Below, piece by piece: positions 57,327-64,000 of a stretch of DNA of 64,000 bases. The DNA comes from a bacterium (lineage in GTDB: Bacteria; Patescibacteriota; Minisyncoccia; UBA6257; WO2-44-18). Made by a program: the position numbers and the translations under genes. The notes under the pieces were generated by a model, which saw only the letters and a program-made list of their open reading frames with translations, did no database searches and was not told where the DNA came from. Where the stretch lies: the NCBI GenBank assembly GCA_030646995.1, contig JAUSKF010000005.1:75323-139322 (forward strand), read 5' to 3'. The stretch's first letter is position 1. Every line of letters starts with the position of its first letter.

Positions 57327-59399
57327 ATGCAACTTGTAATTGTAGAATCACCAACAAAAGCCAAAACAATTTCCAAATTTTTGGGAAAGAAGTATAAAGT
57401 CGAGTCATCCTACGGCCACATTCGCGACCTTCCAAGGAGTACGCTTGGTATTGATGTAGAGAATAATTTTGAACCGAAATATATTGTTCCGGTGAAGGCG
57501 AAGAAGGTGGTAAAGCAGCTGAAGTTGGACGTAAAGAAGTGTGACGAAGTAATTCTGGCAACTGATCAAGACCGTGAAGGGGAGGCAATCGCTTGGCATT
57601 TAGCGCAGGCTTTGGGTTTGGAGAAATTTAAGAGAATCGTTTTTCATGAAATCACTAAGACCGCAATTGAGCACGCGCTGACCGAATCGCGCGAGTTGGA
57701 TATGAATATGGTGGACGCCCAACAGGCGCGTCGTATTTTGGATCGCTTAGTTGGCTACAAGCTTTCGCCGTTTTTGTGGAAAAAGGTGACTCGCGGGCTT
57801 TCTGCGGGCCGCGTGCAGTCGGTAGCGGTGCGACTGATTGTGGAGAGAGAAAATGAGATTCGGGCTTTTAAGCCGGAAGAATATTGGACGATTGTCGCGG
57901 AACTCCTTAAGGGATCCGACATGATTGAGTTCTCGCTGAATAAGATAAATGGGGAGGGCGTGGATAAGTTGGGCATTAAGGGAAAAGAGGCGGCTGATGA
58001 AATCGTCGCTAATCTTCAAAAATCCGAATTCGTTGTTTCTTCCGTAGAGAAAAAAGAGGCAAATAAAAATCCACTCCCGCCATTTACTACCAGTACGTTG
58101 CAGCAGACCGCTGCAACTCGTTTGGGTTTTTCATCTAAGAAAACCATGGTAATCGCCCAGCATTTATATGAAAACGGCCACATTACTTATATGCGTACCG
58201 ATTCGGTAAATTTATCAAAAGAGTCCGTAGGCGCGGCTAAAGATTGGCTCACTAGGGAACTGGGGGAGAATTATTCTTTGCCTGAACCGAGAACCTTTAA
58301 AGCGTCTTCCAAGCTCGCGCAGGAGGCTCATGAGGCCGTTCGCCCGACCAATATTTCTGCCACGCCCGATTTAATTGAGCTGGCCGACGAAGGAGAAAAG
58401 AAGCTTTATCGGTTGATTTGGCAGCGGTTTGTAGCCTGCCAAATGCCACAGGCAAGAGTAGCTTTAACGACGATTGATGTAGAGGCGGGCGCATATTCAT
58501 TGAGAACTAACGGGCAGATGATTGTTTTTGATGGATTTTTGAAAATCTGGCCGCAGAAATTTTCCGAAAAAGATTTACCGGAACTGACGAAGGGCGACAA
58601 GTTGAATCTTCAGGCGATTAAGCCCGACCAACACTTTACTGAGCCACCTGCGCGCTTTACTGAAGCATCGTTGATTAAAATTTTGGAAGAATATGGCATT
58701 GGCCGGCCGTCTACTTATGCGCCTACGATTTCCGTGATTCAGGTGCGTAACTATGTCAGAAAAGAAACTGGAAAGTTTTTTCCGACCGAGACGGGTGAAT
58801 TAGTGAATAAAGTTTTGACGGAGCACTTCCCTCAAATTGTAGACATTAGTTTTACCGCGAAAATGGAAGAACAACTCGACCAAATTGCTGATGGAAAAGA
58901 AAAATGGCAGCAGGTTATCGGTGATTTTTATGGGCCTTTTGAAAAAAATCTGGAAGCGAAGTACAACGAGGTGAATAAAAAAGATCTTGTGCAGGAGGAA
59001 ATGACTGAAGAGAAGTGTGAAAAATGTGGAAAGTTGATGATGATTAAATACGGCCGGTTCGGAAAGTTTATGGCTTGCTCCGGTTTTCCGGATTGTAAAA
59101 CCACCAAAGCTCTCCCGAAAGATGCTCCTAAAATGATTGGAATGAAATGCCCGAAGTGTTTGGAGGGAGATGTAGTCGTAAAAAAGGTAAATAAGGGGCG
59201 AGCCCGCGGAAAGATTTTTTGGGGCTGCAATAAATATCCAAAGTGTGACTTTGCCAGCTGGACTGACCCGCTCAATCCTCCGGTAGAAGGGGAGCAACCG
59301 GCAGCTGCCGCTCCAGCCGAAGCTTCGGCTAAGGAAGGCAAAGAGCAGGACGAAGATGACGCTCCTCAAGAAGACGAAGAAAAAAGCCCCGAATCTTAA
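57327..59399 (+). CDS. topA: DNA topoisomerase I
   Basis: TOPRIM N-terminus (LVIVESPTKAKTI; GHIRDLP), the active-site Tyr region and C-terminal C4 zinc ribbons. dprA-topA adjacency. Confidence 0.93.
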   Translation: MQLVIVESPTKAKTISKFLGKKYKVESSYGHIRDLPRSTLGIDVENNFEPKYIVPVKAKKVVKQLKLDVKKCDEVILATDQDREGEAIAWHLAQALGLEKFKRIVFHEITKTAIEHALTESRELDMNMVDAQQARRILDRLVGYKLSPFLWKKVTRGLSAGRVQSVAVRLIVERENEIRAFKPEEYWTIVAELLKGSDMIEFSLNKINGEGVDKLGIKGKEAADEIVANLQKSEFVVSSVEKKEANKNPLPPFTTSTLQQTAATRLGFSSKKTMVIAQHLYENGHITYMRTDSVNLSKESVGAAKDWLTRELGENYSLPEPRTFKASSKLAQEAHEAVRPTNISATPDLIELADEGEKKLYRLIWQRFVACQMPQARVALTTIDVEAGAYSLRTNGQMIVFDGFLKIWPQKFSEKDLPELTKGDKLNLQAIKPDQHFTEPPARFTEASLIKILEEYGIGRPSTYAPTISVIQVRNYVRKETGKFFPTETGELVNKVLTEHFPQIVDISFTAKMEEQLDQIADGKEKWQQVIGDFYGPFEKNLEAKYNEVNKKDLVQEEMTEEKCEKCGKLMMIKYGRFGKFMACSGFPDCKTTKALPKDAPKMIGMKCPKCLEGDVVVKKVNKGRARGKIFWGCNKYPKCDFASWTDPLNPPVEGEQPAAAAPAEASAKEGKEQDEDDAPQEDEEKSPES

Positions 59400-59409
59400 G
59401 ATTCGGGGC

Positions 59410-59943
59410 TTATGGGTTTAGGGTTTTGGCCCAAGCAAAGCCTTTTTTCAGAATTTCTTTTGAATCACTGAACATTGCGATAATTGCCCGGTTCAACACG
59501 CCGGAGTCTCTTTTGTAGTTAGCTTTCAGGTCTTGGATAAGGGGAAGTTGTTTCTCTGTGACTTTAATCGGTCCTCCGGTGGCGGCGTTGAGGCGTAGAG
59601 TTTTTAGGCTATCTACTGGGAAGTGAACTGCCCAGGCAGACGTATTGCCTCCCGTCACGCTCGGATTTTCTAGATGAATAATTCTTTTACCTTCATTGCG
59701 GGCTATAAAGAAATCCGCCAGCCAGACCCATCCAGCCTCTTCGCCGATTTCCCGACGCAGGGCTTCTTCATAAGTCTCCTCATCTTTCACGCCACCCCAA
59801 ACTGTCAGTTGAGAGCCGCCTGGATAAGATTCGGGTATCAGGTTTTCATCATTGATTTCACCGCGTTTTTGCAGAATTGCCACCAGACCGTCCGGCGGAA
59901 GGTGCATAAACACGATTAGTCCGACCGAGCGTTTTTCGGGCAT
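59410..59943 (-). CDS. NUDIX hydrolase
   Basis: Nudix box GGVKDEETYEEALRREIGEEAG. Confidence 0.78.
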   Translation of the reverse strand: MPEKRSVGLIVFMHLPPDGLVAILQKRGEINDENLIPESYPGGSQLTVWGGVKDEETYEEALRREIGEEAGWVWLADFFIARNEGKRIIHLENPSVTGGNTSAWAVHFPVDSLKTLRLNAATGGPIKVTEKQLPLIQDLKANYKRDSGVLNRAIIAMFSDSKEILKKGFAWAKTLNP

Positions 59944-60020
59944 GAGGTTCTCCCTCTTGTGAGCGTTATCAAAAAACCGCAATTATTTTCGCACGGAAAT
60001 AAAAAAACCGCCATAGGCGG

Positions 60021-61094
60021 TTAGTAATCAGTCGTCCTACAAAGATGAGCGGGAGTTTTTAAGTTGCGGCCCATCTGCCAGAGGGCGTTATCTAGGGCGA
60101 GCATCGAAACGGGTTTTTTGCCGCAGCCGATCAGATGTGTATTCAGGAAAGCGAGAAGATTTTTTACTGCCGAAATGGTCGCCATCCTGATCTCCCGGAC
60201 CTCTTCACTTTTGGCGGGTAATTCTTCCTGCCGGTCGATCCTCGCGGCCAGCTTTTGAGAGTAGATGATCGCTCCGCGAGACCGTAGCGCGTTGGGAATC
60301 GCCGAATCGGCGATTGGTCCCAGCAGGTTTCCATCTACGAGGGACTTCAGATCTTGCGGAGCCGACAATGCCCTTCCTTGATAAATCATCAGCCAGAGCT
60401 GTGCGCGTTTGGCAAAACGTAACGGGTATCTTCCTAGTTCGTCTTCGTGATAAGAGCAATCTAGCCCGAAGCTTTTGGGAAAGTTTAGTTCGATGAGATC
60501 CACAATCCCTATGCGTGATTCATTTCCAAAAGCGCGATAACCCCCTTCTTGGAAAAGGCTTTGCCATTCGGAATTAAATACTCTTTCCAGCGCTTCCGCT
60601 GTTTCCAGCAGATAAATTCCCCGATAGCCGATTAGCGGCATTGGGCAGTGTCCTTGGAAAAATCGATTGATGCCGTTTTTTGATCGGATGATGTTCATCA
60701 TCGCTTCGGTTTCGATGGGTCGTTCGCCGAAATGCCGATAGAAGCACCGGCACATTGCTTGCGAGCCGTAGTAGACTCCGGTTTCATCAACAACTTTGAA
60801 ACGCAAATGCGGCGCGTGCGGATCGGTAAAGGTAAAATTGACTGCGCAGATGTAAGGAAGATAGGAGGCAAGTGCCAAGCTATCTTTCGGTAATACTCCG
60901 GGCATCTGCCAGTCAGGAATCGCTAGCCGAAGTTCGCTAATGGACAACGCCAATATCTTGAGTTGATTTTCATCGATTCTGACGTGTTTGCCATGGCAAA
61001 CTTGGAAAAACTCATTTTCCCACAACTCGGTAATTGCTCTGGTTCTGGGATTGAGTTTCGGAGCAATCTCCTGATTTGACTGTTCAGGACTCAT
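60021..61094 (-). CDS. hypothetical protein
   Basis: 357-aa ORF. The start is moved to MSPEQ, which has the RBS AAAGGAGG. Its 5' end overlaps relA divergently. A terminator hairpin (AACCGCC-ata-GGCGGTT plus a T-run) lies at its 3' end. Confidence 0.5.
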   Translation of the reverse strand: MSPEQSNQEIAPKLNPRTRAITELWENEFFQVCHGKHVRIDENQLKILALSISELRLAIPDWQMPGVLPKDSLALASYLPYICAVNFTFTDPHAPHLRFKVVDETGVYYGSQAMCRCFYRHFGERPIETEAMMNIIRSKNGINRFFQGHCPMPLIGYRGIYLLETAEALERVFNSEWQSLFQEGGYRAFGNESRIGIVDLIELNFPKSFGLDCSYHEDELGRYPLRFAKRAQLWLMIYQGRALSAPQDLKSLVDGNLLGPIADSAIPNALRSRGAIIYSQKLAARIDRQEELPAKSEEVREIRMATISAVKNLLAFLNTHLIGCGKKPVSMLALDNALWQMGRNLKTPAHLCRTTDY

Positions 61095-61149
61095 CTGGCC
61101 TCCTTTGTTACTCATTGAAAAACAGCTTGCTAGATAATACTCTGAAAGC

Positions 61150-62829
61150 GTGCCAAGTGTCAAAGATTTTATAAATAAGGATAGATATGGCCTAGTTAGC
61201 CGAGCTTATGGGTTTTCTAAGTTTGCCCATTCGGGCCAGAAAAGAAAAAATGGCGAACCGTATTTTTCTCACTGTCTGGCGGCCGCGGAGTCTATCGCCG
61301 AGTGGGGATTGGATGAGGCGACGGTTGCCGCTGCTTTGTTGCACGACGTAGTGGAAGACACCAATCATTCTCTGGATGAACTTAAGGAAAAATTTGGAGA
61401 AGAGGTGGCGTTTTTGGTGGACGGCGTCACGAAGATAGGCAAAGTGCGGTATCGGGGCATTGAGGCGAAGGTGGAAAATTTGCGGAAATTTATTTTATAT
61501 TTAAGCCAAGACATACGCGTGATTTTGGTGAAGTTGGCGGACCGACTGCATAATATGAAAACTTTGTACGCCGTTCACGCTTTGAAGCAGAAACGGATTG
61601 CGCTCGAAACAATGGAGATTTACGCCCCACTCGCATACCGGCTGGGAATGCAGAGATTAAGCGGCGAGTTGGAAGATTTGGCTTTTCCTTATCTCTATCC
61701 GCAGGAATATAAATGGCTCATAGAAAATGTGAAAGAGCGCTTCGAAGAGCGGGAGCGTTATTCGCAACGCGTAAAGCCGGTTATTGAATCGGAGCTGAAG
61801 AAAAATAATGTCGGTACGATTTTAGTGGATTCGCGGGCGAAGCGATATACGAGTTTGTATAAAAAACTTCTTCGCTACGATATGAACGTGGAAAGCATCT
61901 ATGACTTGGTGGCGATGCGTATCATCGTAAAAAGTTTGGAGGATTGCTACGCGGCGCTCGGAGTAGTTCATAAGATGTGGCCACCAGTCCCGCATCGATT
62001 TAAGGACTACATTGCCCTTCCGAAAGGTAATGGTTATCGTAGTTTACACACCACAGTTTTCGGACCGGAAAATAAAATCACCGAGATTCAAATAAAAACC
62101 GAACAGATGCACGCTGAGGCCGAGAACGGTATCGCGGCGCACTTTGCATACCAGCAAACAAAGAGCACTAAGGCTTACTTGGAAAGAAATGCTTCCGTGG
62201 CCGATAAAAAAGAGCTTTCTTGGATTAAGCAGTTGCGTAGCTGGCAGCAGGACTTCACCAATCCGGAGGAGTTCGTGCAGTCTTTGAAAATTGATTTTTT
62301 CCAAGACAGAATTTTAACTCTCACTCCGAAAGGGGAGGTGATTGATTTACCGGTAGGCGCCACTCCGATTGATTTTGCTTACCAAATTCACACGGAAGTC
62401 GGCAATCATTGCGCCGGCGCGAAAGTGAATGGGAAGATTGCCGTTTTGGATCACAAATTAAAATCAGGCGATATCGTGGAAATTATTATTCAAAAAAATA
62501 AGCGCCCATCGGAATCTTGGTTAGAGTTCGCGCACACCGGCTCAGCGCGTAATCATATCCGGGCCGGTTTGCGGCACAATGTCGGCAATCTGGATAAAAA
62601 AGAACCGCAGGCCACCGAATTAAAATTGACCGTTAAAGACCGGGAGGGTTTACTTGGCGACATTTCTGAAATGATTACCCGTTCGCATGTCCGCATTCAG
62701 TCGGTCAATGCAAAAATGCCGGTCGTGAAAATAAGCTGTGAGGTAATGACGAAAGATAAAGCCGAGAAATTGTTGGAGAAGATTAAAAAACTGAAGGAGG
62801 TGAAGGCGGCAGACTTTCGTCTAATTTAG
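61150..62829 (+). CDS. bifunctional (p)ppGpp synthetase/hydrolase RelA/SpoT homolog (compact)
   Basis: HD hydrolase domain (HDVVEDT), a synthetase domain and TGS and ACT domains. GTG start. Confidence 0.88.
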   Translation: MPSVKDFINKDRYGLVSRAYGFSKFAHSGQKRKNGEPYFSHCLAAAESIAEWGLDEATVAAALLHDVVEDTNHSLDELKEKFGEEVAFLVDGVTKIGKVRYRGIEAKVENLRKFILYLSQDIRVILVKLADRLHNMKTLYAVHALKQKRIALETMEIYAPLAYRLGMQRLSGELEDLAFPYLYPQEYKWLIENVKERFEERERYSQRVKPVIESELKKNNVGTILVDSRAKRYTSLYKKLLRYDMNVESIYDLVAMRIIVKSLEDCYAALGVVHKMWPPVPHRFKDYIALPKGNGYRSLHTTVFGPENKITEIQIKTEQMHAEAENGIAAHFAYQQTKSTKAYLERNASVADKKELSWIKQLRSWQQDFTNPEEFVQSLKIDFFQDRILTLTPKGEVIDLPVGATPIDFAYQIHTEVGNHCAGAKVNGKIAVLDHKLKSGDIVEIIIQKNKRPSESWLEFAHTGSARNHIRAGLRHNVGNLDKKEPQATELKLTVKDREGLLGDISEMITRSHVRIQSVNAKMPVVKISCEVMTKDKAEKLLEKIKKLKEVKAADFRLI

Positions 62830-63667
62830 GAGCGTTGGTTAGCCGAGCCACAATTCCGTGCAGTTCCTCGGGTGAGTAAAAAGTAATAATTAATTTTCCG
62901 GTTTCTCCGGAGCGATCAACTTTTACAGGGGTGCCTAGTGCGGACTCCAATTCTCTTTGTAGTGTTTCAGTTTCGGGATCTATAGAAAGGGGAGCGGGAA
63001 GTATCCCGTCCATCGTCGGTGATTCCACGCGCTTGATTCTTTGAATGCGAGATTTTAATTCGCGTACACTCAAATTACTGCGCAATAAATCTTCCATCAG
63101 CATTTGTTGTTGCCCTGGATCATCTACGGTCAGCAATAATCTGCCCTGGCTTTCGCTTATCTGATTTCTGGAAATAGCATCTTGAACTGCAGTCGGCAGG
63201 CCGAGTAGGCGCATAGTGTTAGCAATTACTTCTCGGCTTTTTCCAATGCGGGCGGCGATTTCACGCTGGGTCATCGCGAACTCATCTTGCAATCGGGAAT
63301 AGGCGCGGGCAGATTCAATCGGATTTAAATCGGCGCGTTGCACGTTTTCCAAAACCGCCAGCTCTAAGCGTTCCTTCTCTAGGGTGACGCTGCGGATGAT
63401 GGCGGGGATTCTTTCCAAACCGAGCATGCGTGAGGCTTGCCATCTTCGCTCGCCGGCGATGAGTTGATAGGCTACCTCCGTGCCGAGCTCGCTCTCCGTT
63501 TCAACTTTCGTGACGGTAATCGGCTGGAGAATGCCGAACTCGCGAATGGAATTTGCGAGGTTTTTTAATTCTTCAGGATCAAAATTTCTCCGCGGCTGCT
63601 GCGGGTTAGGGGAGATTTTGTCTACCTCTATAAGAAAGACCGGTCCTTGAATCGGGGGATTGTCCAT
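62783..63667 (-). CDS. parB: chromosome partitioning protein ParB/Spo0J
   Basis: ParB box (GERRWQASRMLG) and a downstream HTH region. Confidence 0.9.
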   Translation of the reverse strand: MDNPPIQGPVFLIEVDKISPNPQQPRRNFDPEELKNLANSIREFGILQPITVTKVETESELGTEVAYQLIAGERRWQASRMLGLERIPAIIRSVTLEKERLELAVLENVQRADLNPIESARAYSRLQDEFAMTQREIAARIGKSREVIANTMRLLGLPTAVQDAISRNQISESQGRLLLTVDDPGQQQMLMEDLLRSNLSVRELKSRIQRIKRVESPTMDGILPAPLSIDPETETLQRELESALGTPVKVDRSGETGKLIITFYSPEELHGIVARLTNAPKLDESLPPSPPSVF

Positions 63668-63720
63668 GGAGTAATCGCTAATATACGAATTTAAAATTAA
63701 ATAATGCGAATGTTCGACAA
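63668..63720. repeat. MITE-like AATAATGCGAAT element (copy 3, partial)
   Basis: AGTAATCGCTAATATACGAATTT...AAATAATGCGAATG immediately upstream of parB. Confidence 0.45.
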
Positions 63721-63737
63721 TTTAATCTTAACACAAA

Positions 63738-63755
63738 GTGCTCGGGGAGAGACTT
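63738..63755. repeat. 17-nt direct duplicate of the tRNA-Leu(CAA) 3' end
   Basis: GTGCTCGGGGAGAGACT is identical to 63926-63942. The two copies flank about 170 bp containing an 11-bp inverted repeat (GTAGCACCCCG / CGGGGTGCTAC). Confidence 0.5.
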
Positions 63756-63926
63756 TCGCTTCGTTTTTAGGCTGCCGCCTAAAACTCGCCGAACTACTTT
63801 CGTAGCACCCCGACCCCCGCTTAAGAAACCAAAGGTTTCTTACCCTTCGGATCTTCCTGGACGGGGTGCTACTCGTTCGAGTCTCAGGCACAAAATAAAT
63901 CAGCCCGTTTGGGCTGTTTCATTTTG

Positions 63927-64000
63927 TGCTCGGGGAGAGACTCGAACTCTCATGATGTTGCCATCGGTGGATTTTGAGTCCACTGCGTCTGCCATTCCGC
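63927..64000 (-). tRNA. tRNA-Leu (anticodon CAA), 5' end beyond the window
   Basis: Reverse complement shows a D-arm, anticodon stem GTGGA/TCCAC with loop CTCAAAA, a long variable arm (GATG-GCAA-CATC), T-loop TTCGAGT and 3' CCCGAGC-A. A hairpin terminator lies at 63885-63925. Confidence 0.75.

Noticed and set aside
63756-63925. A second tRNA or tmRNA-like tRNA domain between the 17-nt direct repeats (GGACGGGG...TTCGAGTC)
   Set aside because: A T-loop-like TTCGAGT is present, but the flanking bases (ACTCG / CTCAG) cannot form a T-stem and no acceptor pairing exists. I treat it as a hairpin-containing remnant.

Overview
This 64-kb window is a gene-dense, roughly 45% GC segment that looks like a reduced-genome bacterium, probably Patescibacteria/CPR-like. 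Almost all of it is housekeeping. It has several aminoacyl-tRNA synthetases (tyrS, valS, glyQS, metG, leuS) and a threonine block (bifunctional aspartokinase/homoserine dehydrogenase, asd, aroK, thrC). It has a dNTP block (dut, tmk, cytosine deaminase) and proteostasis genes (tig, clpP, ftsH, htrA, hsp20, M16 peptidase). DNA functions are covered by recG, recO, dprA, topA and parB. Other calls are relA/spoT, glmS, rplS, tsaD, the 5'-truncated hppA and seven tRNAs. Nothing I can read as CRISPR, a transposase, an integrase or a restriction system is present. The interesting content is non-canonical. First, a roughly 1.3-kb GC-rich, ORF-poor island at 17.96-19.25 kb carries two near-identical promoter modules, GNRA-capped hairpins and intrinsic terminators. 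It looks like a roughly 660-nt structured ncRNA of unknown class followed by a 66-aa basic ORF. Second, three nuclease-like ORFs each sit immediately 5' of a tRNA gene. The GIY-YIG case is preceded by a duplicated 5' half of the tRNA. Third, several families of short selfish-looking repeats sit in frame inside essential genes. These are a 22-bp GC palindrome, GTCGTCA/TAGCGAC heptamer arrays and a 42-nt tandem duplication in glyQS. They also occur as MITE-like intergenic elements. Fourth, a shared 36-bp palindromic-ended repeat lies in the htrA and dedA promoters. Fifth, there is a tRNA-Ile with a UAU anticodon. All calls are made by eye from the sequence and the ORF translations. No searches were run.
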